DNA of 39,710 nt from Bacteroidales bacterium (GTDB lineage Bacteria > Bacteroidota > Bacteroidia > Bacteroidales > UBA932), in NCBI GenBank assembly GCA_017553255.1, contig JAFZML010000181.1:1-39710 (forward strand), read 5' to 3'. The stretch's first letter is position 1. The number at the start of each line of letters is the position of its first letter. Shown here in pieces: positions 28,756 to 37,541 of the stretch. A model generated the notes under the pieces. That model saw only the letters and a list, made by a program, of their open reading frames with translations. It was not told the origin of the DNA and did not search any database. The position numbers and the translations under genes were made by a program.

Positions 28756-29072
28756 ACGGAAAGGGACATTCTGGCGTACTGGGTGCCGTCCTGGGCAAGG
28801 AGAATTACGCTTACTGAGCTTTCATCCTTGAATTCCCATTCATAGGAAATCTCTGTGCCGTCTCCGGGGAGAACCGGCGCCACAAACTTGATCTCTTTGG
28901 CACCTATGAGTTTTTTATCCATGAGCTCCAGAGCTATCTGGAGAAGGGTTACCCCCGGCGTTATGGGATAATCCGGGAAATGGGCCTTGTAGATGGGACT
29001 TTCCGGGATAAGGCGTACCGTGGCCTTGTTCTGGCCGCGTGAAACTACCGTATATAATACTCCTTCAAGCAT
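28752..29072 (-). CDS. FabA/FabZ-like hot-dog dehydratase
   Basis: IYKAHFPDYPITPGV, EIKFVAPV. Confidence 0.85.
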   Translation of the reverse strand: MLEGVLYTVVSRGQNKATVRLIPESPIYKAHFPDYPITPGVTLLQIALELMDKKLIGAKEIKFVAPVLPGDGTEISYEWEFKDESSVSVILLAQDGTQYARMSLSV

Positions 29073-29491
29073 TACTTAACATTACTGAAATCAATCCTGG
29101 TCCAGGCGTCATCCGTGCCTTCAAGAAACACGCTCTGGACTTTTCCTGCCGTGTCCAGGGTAACGGTTATGCGGCGGAACATTTGCCTGAGGTCACGCCT
29201 CAGGGGCGTTAGGATAACCGTACCCTCCCCTTCCTCAGTTACCTTGAAATCCTTCTCAGTGGGCATGCGGAAGCGTGACGGTGCATCATCGGCCCCAAAT
29301 TCAGAAATGGACTGCACCGGCTCCTTAACTTCCCACCTGAGATAAGAGGGCTCCCTAAGCACTATTGTTCCGCTTGAGTGGAGATCTTCCGTGAGGAGCG
29401 GACTGTGCCTCACCTGTGTCCAGCTGGCCTCAAAGGAAGCCGGCGGGACAAGGTCCAGAAGGAGACTCAGTATGATGGAAATGAGCATCAT
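29072..29491 (-). CDS. LolA-like periplasmic carrier protein (short)
   Basis: From ATG 29491 (ATGA overlap): hydrophobic N-terminus, FEASWTQVRHSPLL...SSGTIVLREPSYLRWE, C-terminal TRIDFSNVK. Confidence 0.75.
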   Translation of the reverse strand: MMLISIILSLLLDLVPPASFEASWTQVRHSPLLTEDLHSSGTIVLREPSYLRWEVKEPVQSISEFGADDAPSRFRMPTEKDFKVTEEGEGTVILTPLRRDLRQMFRRITVTLDTAGKVQSVFLEGTDDAWTRIDFSNVK

Positions 29492-29844
29492 TTGGCAATG
29501 AGGAAGCAGCCGCCAAGGATGAGGAAAACGCCCACCCACTGCTGCCACTGCACGGTTTCCTTGAAAAAGATCACGGAAACGAACATTGCAAAGAGGAAGC
29601 TGAGGGATGTGAGCGGATATACCTGATGGAAGGGATAATTGCGTACCATATAAACCCATTCCACCATCATTGCTATTGCGCAGATGCCGGAAAGGGCAAG
29701 GGGCAGGTTAAGGAAAATACCGTCACGGAAAAAGGCCCAGCTCCAGGAGAAGGAGGGCATTTTGTCACTTGCCACCTTGAACAGTGACTGGCAGGTGCAC
29801 ATTAGGATTGCCTGGGTGACGGCAAGAAAAATCAGTCTGAACAT
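29488..29844 (-). CDS. Small EamA/SMR (ArnE/ArnF-like) membrane protein
   Basis: 118 aa, four hydrophobic segments, VYPLTSLSF...FFKETV..QQWVGV. Confidence 0.8.
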   Translation of the reverse strand: MFRLIFLAVTQAILMCTCQSLFKVASDKMPSFSWSWAFFRDGIFLNLPLALSGICAIAMMVEWVYMVRNYPFHQVYPLTSLSFLFAMFVSVIFFKETVQWQQWVGVFLILGGCFLIAK

Positions 29845-30350
29845 AAAACAACTGCTATGGCCCTTTCATGGCCTGGTAATTCGGACGCATCCATCTTCTG
29901 AGTGCGTTCATCATACCAGCCCACAAGGGCGGTGTCAATATCTCCCATGCCTATTTGCATTACAGCGTCCTCAAGGGCGCTAAGGAAAGACCGGCCGGGA
30001 TGTGAATATGTTGCATTGTAGCCGTGGCAGGCAAGCTTTATGGCCACCACGGAGCCAATGGTATTGTGCGTGGAATTCATGAAGTGGACGGGCCTCATGG
30101 ATGCATCTTCAAGGCCCAGCATTCCGTTAAGGAAGGATTCAGAGTTCTCCATGCATCCGTAATCCGTGGCCGTGATAATGGCATCAGGGACGCCTACATT
30201 GGCCTTCTGGACGGCCTTTACGGAGCACCAGAGGGCCCTTTTCAGGAGCCTTCCCATGCGCCTTGCCTCCATAGGAGGGATAACCTCCTTGAAGTCAGGG
30301 TCTTCCTTTCCAAGGGACACTATTGAGAGAACTTTTACGTTACGCATCAT
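29832..30350 (-). CDS. Beta-ketoacyl synthase chain-length-factor-like protein
   Basis: IPPMEARRMGRLLK, FMNSTHNTIG, GYNATYSH; no catalytic triad. Confidence 0.8.
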   Translation of the reverse strand: MMRNVKVLSIVSLGKEDPDFKEVIPPMEARRMGRLLKRALWCSVKAVQKANVGVPDAIITATDYGCMENSESFLNGMLGLEDASMRPVHFMNSTHNTIGSVVAIKLACHGYNATYSHPGRSFLSALEDAVMQIGMGDIDTALVGWYDERTQKMDASELPGHERAIAVVLCSD

Positions 30351-31578
30351 AGGCCGATAGTATTAAGGAAGAGTCATTGCCGCCAAAGCCAAAGGCGTTG
30401 GTGAGGATATGCCGAAGCTCCCTCTGGACAGGCTCTGTCTCCGGGATGATGCAAGCAGGGTCCGGGGTGCTCCAGTTAAGCTGAGGAAGCAAAAAACCGT
30501 GCTGCAGGGCAAGCATGCAGAATACGGCCTTGATTGAGCCGGAAGCGCTTGTAGTGTGCCCTGTAAAGGATTTTGTAGAGGAAACGGGCGGCAGGCTTTC
30601 ACCAAAGATACGCCTTATTGCAGCGCTCTCGGAGGCGTCATTGTTGGGCGTTCCGGTGCCGTGGGCGTTAATATAGTCTATGGCACTTGGCTCCAGCCAC
30701 GCCATGGCAAGTGCCTTCTTCATTGCAAGGAAGGCGCCTTCTCCGTTCGGTGACGAAGCCGTTTGGTGGAAGGCATCACAGGCATTGCCCCAGCCGCTGA
30801 GGACTGCAATTGGCTTTGCACCACGCCTCAGTGCACTCTCTTCCGTTTCCATAACCAAGTAAGCGGCGCCCTCCCCCAGATTGAGGCCGGCCCTTGTGGC
30901 ATCAAACGGCCTGCAAGGCTCCTTGTCCAGTATCATGAGGGAATTGAAGCCGTGGAAATGATATGCCGACAGGCTTTCACTGCCGCCGCACACCACGCAC
31001 TGGTACTTCCCGCTGCGTATAAGGTTTGCGCCATAGATAATAGCATTGGTGGCCGATGAACATGCCGTAGAAAGCGTTGTTGCAAACTTGCTGCCTCCAA
31101 GGAACCCCACTGCAAGGTCTGTGGATGCTCCGCAGCTGTGGAGATGAGAAACGGTAGGATAAATCCTTTCAGTTACGTCCATTCCGCCAACGGTGGTGCC
31201 GCCAATCACGGGTATCTCCTGGAGGGAGACCCCTTCTGGAGCATTTGCCCGGACAGGGTCGCGAAGCGACGCGGAAGAAGGGGTCTCCCTCCAGGAAATA
31301 CCGGCTTCAAAAAGCGCCTCCTGCAGTGCCAGAATGGACATAAGGGTGGTCCTGGGCCATACTTCGGCCAGTTCCATGGGAACGCCTGCAAGGGCCGCCA
31401 TCTCCTTATTGGAAAGCGGAACCTCCCCTACCAGGAGACCCTCAGGGCCGCCTTTAAGGTGTTTCACGGGGCCAATCCCGCTGCGGCGGGCACAAAGAGC
31501 CTCCAGGCTGGCGGTTTTGCCGCAGCCTATGGCGCTTACAACGCCAGAACCCGTTATGACAATCCTTCCACCTTTCAC
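30340..31578 (-). CDS. Beta-ketoacyl-ACP synthase (FabF-like)
   Basis: STACSS, PCRPFD, GEGAA, NAHGTGT, KSFTGHT, FGFGG; Cys-His-His triad intact. Start uncertain; GTG 31578 chosen. Confidence 0.92.
   Translation of the reverse strand: MKGGRIVITGSGVVSAIGCGKTASLEALCARRSGIGPVKHLKGGPEGLLVGEVPLSNKEMAALAGVPMELAEVWPRTTLMSILALQEALFEAGISWRETPSSASLRDPVRANAPEGVSLQEIPVIGGTTVGGMDVTERIYPTVSHLHSCGASTDLAVGFLGGSKFATTLSTACSSATNAIIYGANLIRSGKYQCVVCGGSESLSAYHFHGFNSLMILDKEPCRPFDATRAGLNLGEGAAYLVMETEESALRRGAKPIAVLSGWGNACDAFHQTASSPNGEGAFLAMKKALAMAWLEPSAIDYINAHGTGTPNNDASESAAIRRIFGESLPPVSSTKSFTGHTTSASGSIKAVFCMLALQHGFLLPQLNWSTPDPACIIPETEPVQRELRHILTNAFGFGGNDSSLILSAYDA
31211..31302. repeat. 92-bp palindromic element inside the ketosynthase ORF
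   Basis: 27-bp inverted arms (31211-31237 and 31276-31302, one mismatch) enclose a GTCGC-GAA-GCGAC mini-hairpin. Confidence 0.9.
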
Positions 31579-31582
31579 CTCA

Positions 31583-31843
31583 CTATTTTGTGCGGTTTTC
31601 GGCCACATACTTGGCCATTACGGCCACGCTTTGGAACACTTCCTTGCCTTTGGACGGGGAATCCAGGCGGATTCCGTAGTTCCTTTCCAGGAGCACAATG
31701 AGTTCCAGGACGTCAATGGAGTCAAGGCCAAGGCCTTCGTCTCCAAAGAGAGGGGCATTGTTGTCAATGTCCTCAGGGGTCATGCCGTCAAGGTTAAGGG
31801 CGTCAATAATCTTGAGCTTGAGCTCATTAATCAGATTTTCCAT
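31583..31843 (-). CDS. Acyl carrier protein (aryl-polyene-cluster type)
   Basis: PLFGDEGLGLDSIDVLEL. Confidence 0.93.
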   Translation of the reverse strand: MENLINELKLKIIDALNLDGMTPEDIDNNAPLFGDEGLGLDSIDVLELIVLLERNYGIRLDSPSKGKEVFQSVAVMAKYVAENRTK

Positions 31844-31847
31844 ATAA

Positions 31848-32330
31848 TTATTTTGTTTCTATCCATGCCTGAGCGGTCCATTCCGAATCACTGCGGCAGT
31901 CTATCCAGGCAACTATGGCGTCACGGGTTATCCTGTCCTGAAATGCCTCACGCACAATTGATTCAATGAGCTGGCGGTCATAATTCTCCAAAACATATGC
32001 CGATGTTTCCCCCTCATACTTGTTCCTGATGGAGATTTCTCCGGCAACAATGTTTGGAAGCGTGTATACAAAGAGCGCCGGGGACGGGAAATCCTCCATT
32101 CTCTTTGCGTAGTTAATGTCATTGGCAAGGCTGCCGTTGCGGCTGAAAACCAGCACTGCGCGGTCCTCGCGGGGGGTGAATCGGCCTTCAGTACCCTGCA
32201 GGAGCATCTCAGTAAGAAGGAAACCCAGCTTTGAGAGGGTGTCCATCTTGAAGAACTTGGGGTAATCCCCCACCAGTTCCCTGTAGAGGGCGGTAAGGTT
32301 GGTGCCTGACGGGATGCTTACTGCTTTCAT
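31848..32330 (-). CDS. Ketosynthase N-terminal-like, non-catalytic partner protein
   Basis: YPKFFKMDTLSKLG, PSPALFVYTLPNIVAGEISIR. Confidence 0.8.
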   Translation of the reverse strand: MKAVSIPSGTNLTALYRELVGDYPKFFKMDTLSKLGFLLTEMLLQGTEGRFTPREDRAVLVFSRNGSLANDINYAKRMEDFPSPALFVYTLPNIVAGEISIRNKYEGETSAYVLENYDRQLIESIVREAFQDRITRDAIVAWIDCRSDSEWTAQAWIETK

Positions 32331-33412
32331 TGGGCACCTCCTTTTCTGAAAACCATGGCTCCGTTAACTCCGCCAAAGCCGGAGAGGAGCTTTATGATAA
32401 GCTTCCCGCTAGCCGGACGTTCCAGGGCCGACACATTTACCGGGTAGGTAACCCCCATCTCATGGAAGCCCTTTGTGGGGAGTACGATCCCCTTTTCAAG
32501 GGCCGCCATTGAAACTATTGCCTCAAGTATTCCTGCGGCGCCAAGAGTATGGCCAAAATTGCCCTTGAGGGCATTTATGGGCACATCTGAGAGCCCGGCG
32601 CGGTATAGCGCAACGGACTCCATTTCATCATTGTAGGGCGTTGCCGTACCGTGCACGCTAATAAAGGCTATATCCTCTTTTCGCACGTTTTCCATTACGT
32701 ATCTGAGGCACTTGTAACTGCCTTCTCCCGTGCGCGACGGGCCGGAAATGTGATTGGCGTCGTTGCGGATAACGCCGTCAGAAATTTCAAAAGATTCTTC
32801 GCTACGCTCAGAATGACAAGAGGAAGGCTCAGAATGACAAGAGGAAGGCTCAGAATGACAAGAGGAGAGGACAATTGCCGCGGCGGCTTCCCCAAGGTTA
32901 AGCCCCTCACGGTCTTTGTCAAAGGGGCGGCAGGGCTCCGGAGACAGAGCCTTGAGGCAGTCAAAGCCGCTGTGGATGAAATCCGAGTGGACTTCGGCAC
33001 CTGTAACTATAACCTTGTCATATTCCCCGCTTCGGATCATTCTGACGCCCTGTAGGAGGGCTGCAATACCGGAAATGCAGGCGTTTGAAACCACTATGGG
33101 CTTGGTTTTGATGCCAAGGGCCCCGGCTATCCTGGCGGCGCTGGCGGCAAGGGAGATGTCTTCCTTACCTATATGCTCTACGTTTCCCTTTGTGGTGGAA
33201 AGGACAAAGCCGGTGCCGGGAGTTATCTCAATCCCTTTCAAAGCATTACGGGAAGCCTCCAGGGCAATGTGCTCAAAGAAGGATGCACCGGAGTATCCGC
33301 TTCTGTCAAAAAGGCGGGCGCTCTTTCCTTCACGCACAGCTTCAAGCACCGTGTCTACGGTACTTCCAAGAGGCGTATAAAGGCCTTCTCCTATGCAATA
33401 AACCTTTGTCAC
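32327..33412 (-). CDS. Beta-ketoacyl-ACP synthase family protein
   Basis: LSTTKGN, SNACISG, PCRPFD, VHGTAT, KGNFGHTLGAAG, SGFGG. Confidence 0.9.
   Translation of the reverse strand: MTKVYCIGEGLYTPLGSTVDTVLEAVREGKSARLFDRSGYSGASFFEHIALEASRNALKGIEITPGTGFVLSTTKGNVEHIGKEDISLAASAARIAGALGIKTKPIVVSNACISGIAALLQGVRMIRSGEYDKVIVTGAEVHSDFIHSGFDCLKALSPEPCRPFDKDREGLNLGEAAAAIVLSSCHSEPSSCHSEPSSCHSERSEESFEISDGVIRNDANHISGPSRTGEGSYKCLRYVMENVRKEDIAFISVHGTATPYNDEMESVALYRAGLSDVPINALKGNFGHTLGAAGILEAIVSMAALEKGIVLPTKGFHEMGVTYPVNVSALERPASGKLIIKLLSGFGGVNGAMVFRKGGAQ
32792..32860 (-). repeat. In-frame stuttered TGTCAT...ATCT repeat inside the ketosynthase gene
   Basis: (tgtcattctgagccttcctct)x2 plus tgtcattctgagcgtagcgaagaatct, 69 bp, encoding [23 protein letters not shown]. 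Confidence 0.92.
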
Positions 33413-33837
33413 TTAGATGCTTGTGCCGTTTTTAAAGATGCCGATGCAATGAGCTCTTCCCCCACCCTCACCTGAACGTCTGTCATGGACACGTTGAAAA
33501 AATCCTGCACAAGGAGCACGGTGGTGGTGAGCTTTTCTCCGCGCCTTGGAAGCCTTGAGATGCTGTACTTTTTTACCTGGCCTATATATCCTATTCCCGG
33601 AGGCAGGTGCAGCACAAAGCGGGTGTAGTATCCGGTACGGACAGCGCATGCCTGTGCCATGTGCTCAAGAAGCCCTGCGGCACTTAACTCTTCCCCGTCC
33701 ATAAGCATGTGGCCAGTCCCTACGGTAAAGTGCACCACGGTGTTTTCCTGACTGTAGGAATCAAGAACATCCACAAAACGGAAAGGCGGCTGCTGGGGCA
33801 GCAGCAAATCCATATCTATGTCCTCAAAAGGCTTCAT
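33409..33837 (-). CDS. Hot-dog-fold 3-hydroxyacyl-ACP dehydratase-like protein
   Basis: LLPQQPPFRFVD, GLLEHMAQACA, GYIGQVK. Confidence 0.82.
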   Translation of the reverse strand: MKPFEDIDMDLLLPQQPPFRFVDVLDSYSQENTVVHFTVGTGHMLMDGEELSAAGLLEHMAQACAVRTGYYTRFVLHLPPGIGYIGQVKKYSISRLPRRGEKLTTTVLLVQDFFNVSMTDVQVRVGEELIASASLKTAQASK

Positions 33838-34701
33838 CTATGCCCAAAAATCATAAAAATTGTACCATTGGTCCGGCCACTGCCTTACCACGGTTTCCAG
33901 CTCCTTTGCAAATGCCTGGGACATTGCCTGGATGGAGTCTCCATATACGGCGTGCATCATGAGCTTGTAGCTCCTGAGTCCGGTTTTCACGCAAAACACC
34001 GCAATGGCTTTTGCGTCCCTTGCATGGGCAAGCTTGAATGGCCCTGCGGGGAAGGTTGCATCGGCCCCTAAAAAACTGCACCTGACGGCTTTGGAGGAGC
34101 CAAACAGCCTGTCCGAAGGGATGGACACTATCTCTCCCCCGGCAAGCGCAGAATTGAGCTTGTAAAGGTGGGACATGTCCTCCGACACCTCTATCATGGC
34201 AACGTTGCCGTTCCGGAACATCCTTTCCCTGTTGGCCATTACTGTGGCAGTTTCTCCGGCATACACAAGCACGTTAAGGCGCTTGGGGCTGAGGAGGCTG
34301 TAACCGGCCATTTCATAATTTCCCACATGGGAGCTCAGCAGTATAAATCCTTCACTGCCGCTGCAATATTGCCGGTGAATGGCGGTGTCTTCAGAATCTA
34401 TTGTGAACCTTTTGCCGGCGTATGCAGCAAAGCGGTCCAGAACCACCATGCCCATGTTGAACATGTTAAGGTACACATGCAGGGTGCTCCTCAGGGGGCC
34501 GAAGCCTATCCTTTCACGGAAGAAACGCCATGATGCACGGCGGGCCTTGCCGTCTGAAAGGATATAAAAGGGAATTACAAGGGACATTACGCCGTAAAGA
34601 AGCCATAACGGAAGGAAACGGAACAGCCGGATGAGTGCTTTCTGCATCCAGGGCGTACCGTCTGTCTTCCCGGTCCAGGCGCTATGCTCCGCTTTAGGCA
34701 A
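33838..34701 (-). CDS. LpxL/LpxP-like acyltransferase
   Basis: LLSSHVGNYE, SDR, FPAGPF, WPDQWYNFYDFW. Confidence 0.88.
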   Translation of the reverse strand: MPKAEHSAWTGKTDGTPWMQKALIRLFRFLPLWLLYGVMSLVIPFYILSDGKARRASWRFFRERIGFGPLRSTLHVYLNMFNMGMVVLDRFAAYAGKRFTIDSEDTAIHRQYCSGSEGFILLSSHVGNYEMAGYSLLSPKRLNVLVYAGETATVMANRERMFRNGNVAMIEVSEDMSHLYKLNSALAGGEIVSIPSDRLFGSSKAVRCSFLGADATFPAGPFKLAHARDAKAIAVFCVKTGLRSYKLMMHAVYGDSIQAMSQAFAKELETVVRQWPDQWYNFYDFWA

Positions 34702-34936
34702 TGTGATCCTGGATGAACTTGCAGAACTGGTCCAGGGTTTGGATTTCCTTGAAATCTTCAGGTTTCATCTTATATCCAAACTGGTCTTCCACCAGTACAA
34801 CTACGTCTACTACTTCCAAGGAGTCAATCCCAAGGTCCTCCTTGAGACGGGCGCCGCCTTCAATCTTTTCCTCTTCAATTTCAAGGTCTTCTACAAGGAA
34901 GTTTCTAACCTTCTCATTAATCTCTTCAATACTCAT
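34694..34936 (-). CDS. Acyl carrier protein
   Basis: 80 aa, acidic, DLGIDSLE. Confidence 0.93.
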   Translation of the reverse strand: MSIEEINEKVRNFLVEDLEIEEEKIEGGARLKEDLGIDSLEVVDVVVLVEDQFGYKMKPEDFKEIQTLDQFCKFIQDHIA

Positions 34937-34945
34937 ATCTACTTG

Positions 34946-36040
34946 TTATTTTAAGGTTTTACATACAAGAATGCTGTGCCCTGGGCCAAGGCCGTCATGG
35001 ATGGACTCAACCTCAAGGCCGGCCTCACTCACAAGACGTATCATGTCATCTGAGTGGTACATCTTGGAGTTGCCGTTTGCCATTGCCGTGAAATACAGGC
35101 TGGTCATGGTAAGGCACAAGGCAGCCGGTTCAAACTGCTGGCGGTCCCAGAAGGTTTCCATAATGAGGAGCCTGGTTCCGGGCCGCATAATTTTCTTTAC
35201 CCTGCCAAGGATTGAGGAAATCTCCTCCTCTGAGAAGCAGTCCAGGAACTGGCTCATCCAGATAATGTCCGGATTAACGTCCGTGGGGAATTCCTGGCTC
35301 CTGTCCAGAAGGTTCATGGGCCTGGCGTCTATCCTTTCCTCCCCCGGCATGCCTGCAACGGCTTTTCTCATGAGGCCTATCTGCTGCGGAAGATCCACTA
35401 TTGTGACGGTGACATACTCATTGGAGGCTACTGCACGCTGGGCGAACCTGCCTGTATTGCCTCCTACGTCCATAATCCTGAGTGGCTTGAAGGAGAATAT
35501 TATCTCCAGGGCCTCACGGAAGGAATGGTCTGAGTAGAAGTGGTCAAAACCAAACCAGCTTTTCTGAACCTCCGGAGGAAGGGATGAAAGGCCCTCATAG
35601 ATTGTGGGCCAGTTTCCAAAGTGCTCCAGCCCTGCCGGACGGCCTTCCTTCAGGGCCTCCTCCAGGTGGAAAAAGCCTTCATAGTTCACAAAGTGGTTGA
35701 AGTCCATGTTCACGCGGGCCATGGGATCCGTAAGGAGGAACCAGCCGGTTTTGGTGAGGTGGTACTTGTCACTTTCAGGGTCTATGATTACGGTGCCAAT
35801 TGAAAGAGATGCCTCCAGGAGAACCTTTGCGGCATAGATGCTTATGCCGGCCTTTTCCGAAATTTCCTGAATTGTAAGTGGATTGTCCCGGAGTGCATCC
35901 AGTATTCCAAACTTAAGCATGAGACGGCTTGTTTGGAATACCATGGGGCCGAATGTAATAAACTGCGCCAGCCTTTGTGCGTCACGGGCGGGGAGCTTAT
36001 CCTTGGTATAGGCTTTTTCTATGTTAGGGAACAAATTCAT
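34946..36040 (-). CDS. SAM-dependent methyltransferase (O-methyltransferase-type fold)
   Basis: N-terminal HTH dimerisation region, MDVGGNTG, VDLPQ, WMSQFLDCF, ANGNSKMY. Confidence 0.9.
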   Translation of the reverse strand: MNLFPNIEKAYTKDKLPARDAQRLAQFITFGPMVFQTSRLMLKFGILDALRDNPLTIQEISEKAGISIYAAKVLLEASLSIGTVIIDPESDKYHLTKTGWFLLTDPMARVNMDFNHFVNYEGFFHLEEALKEGRPAGLEHFGNWPTIYEGLSSLPPEVQKSWFGFDHFYSDHSFREALEIIFSFKPLRIMDVGGNTGRFAQRAVASNEYVTVTIVDLPQQIGLMRKAVAGMPGEERIDARPMNLLDRSQEFPTDVNPDIIWMSQFLDCFSEEEISSILGRVKKIMRPGTRLLIMETFWDRQQFEPAALCLTMTSLYFTAMANGNSKMYHSDDMIRLVSEAGLEVESIHDGLGPGHSILVCKTLK

Positions 36041-36056
36041 TCTATAAAAAAGTTTA

Positions 36057-36084
36057 CAAATTTACTGAAAAATACGTAAATTTG
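36057..36084. promoter_or_regulatory. Back-to-back divergent -7 promoter elements
   Basis: TAAATTTG on minus (36057-36064) and TAAATTTG on plus (36077-36084), 12 bp apart. Confidence 0.7.
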
Positions 36085-36124
36085 CATGAAAAGAAATTGA
36101 ATGAACTTAAAAAACACTAATAAA

Positions 36125-37093
36125 ATGGAAAAGGGTCCTATCTCTCAATTCATTACCCATCACTACCGTCACTTCAATTCCGCAGCTCTGGTAGACGCCG
36201 CAAAGGCTTATGAAGACCTCCTGAATAAGGGTGGCAAGATGTTCCTTGCAATGGCAGGCGCCATGAGTACCGCAGAACTCGGCCTCTCCCTGGCTGCCAT
36301 GATCCGTCAGGACAAAATCTCCTTTGTCTGCTGCAGCGCCAACAACCTTGAAGAGGACATCATGAACCTGGTTGCCCACAACCACTATTACAGGGTTCCC
36401 GGTTACCGTGACCTCACTCCCGCACAGGAGCAGGAACTCATCAACAACCACTACAACCGCGTTACAGACACCTGTATCCCGGAGGAAGAGGCTTTCCGTC
36501 GTCTGGAAAAGCACCTTGTAGAGGTTTGGGACAAAGCCAAGGCAGAGGGCAAGCGTTATCTCCCCTATGAGTTCATCTATCAGATGATACGCAGCGGTGT
36601 CCTTGAGCAGTATTATGAAATTGATCCCAAGGACAGCTGGGTAGTTGCAGCATGTGAGAAGAACATCCCCATCATCTGCCCCGCATGGGAAGACTGCACC
36701 ACCGGTAACATCTTCACCGCCCATGTAATCCGCGGAGAGTATGATCCCCACATGGTAATCCAGGGCGTGGAAGTTATGATGTTCCTGGTAGACTGGTACA
36801 AGAAGAACGCTCCCGGCGTTGGCTTCTTCCAGATTGGCGGCGGTACCGCCGGAGACTTCCCCATCTGCTGCGTTCCCATGATGGAGCAGGACCTTGGCTG
36901 GGAAGGCACTCCCCTCTGGGCATACTTCTGCCAAATCTCAGACTCCACCACCAGCTACGGTTCATATTCCGGCGCTGTCCCCAATGAGAAAATCACCTGG
37001 GGTAAGCTTGCTCCGGAAACTCCCAAGTTCATCGTGGAAAGCGATGCCACAATTGTAGCACCTCTTATCTTCGCATACGTCCTTGGCTGGTAA
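36125..37093 (+). CDS. Deoxyhypusine synthase-family protein (possible homospermidine synthase)
   Basis: HFNSAALVDAA, AGAMSTAELG, IGGGTAGDF, SYSGAVPNEKITWGKL, ESDATIVAPL. Start 36101 or 36125. Confidence 0.9.
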   Translation: MEKGPISQFITHHYRHFNSAALVDAAKAYEDLLNKGGKMFLAMAGAMSTAELGLSLAAMIRQDKISFVCCSANNLEEDIMNLVAHNHYYRVPGYRDLTPAQEQELINNHYNRVTDTCIPEEEAFRRLEKHLVEVWDKAKAEGKRYLPYEFIYQMIRSGVLEQYYEIDPKDSWVVAACEKNIPIICPAWEDCTTGNIFTAHVIRGEYDPHMVIQGVEVMMFLVDWYKKNAPGVGFFQIGGGTAGDFPICCVPMMEQDLGWEGTPLWAYFCQISDSTTSYGSYSGAVPNEKITWGKLAPETPKFIVESDATIVAPLIFAYVLGW

Positions 37094-37541
37094 AAAGAAT
37101 ATCATCGCAAAAATGAAGGGCCTGTTCCACAAAAGGGAGCAGGCTCCTTCTTCCGGTGAGGTTGAGAGGGTGTCTCCAATGGCCCGTCCCATTTCATCGT
37201 ATGATGCCCGTGAGGTGGGTGTGCTGGTGCAGCAATGGGTTAAAAACAGGGGCTACCGCCTTCCGCACCGCACTCTCCAGGAGGCCGCGGAAAATATCGG
37301 CACCACTTCCGTAAAGCTTCACCGCTACTGCCTCAATTCACTTGGTATGGATTTCCGTGCATGGAGAACTTCCCTGAGGATTGAAGATGCCAAGAAAATA
37401 ATGACTCAAGAGCCTTCTCTCCCGGTTTCCCAGGTGGGCAGGATAGTCGGCATCAATGACAGAAGCAATTTCTTCCGTCAGTTCTCTTTAGCAACTGGGG
37501 TTACGCCGGATAAATGGCGCCAGGAACACTCTAAACGCTGA
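37083..37541 (+). CDS. Small AraC-family HTH protein
   Basis: DFRAWRTSLRIEDAKK...VGINDRSNFFRQF...TGVTPDKWR. Start uncertain (TTG 37083 or ATG 37113). Confidence 0.82.
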   Translation: MAGKKNIIAKMKGLFHKREQAPSSGEVERVSPMARPISSYDAREVGVLVQQWVKNRGYRLPHRTLQEAAENIGTTSVKLHRYCLNSLGMDFRAWRTSLRIEDAKKIMTQEPSLPVSQVGRIVGINDRSNFFRQFSLATGVTPDKWRQEHSKR

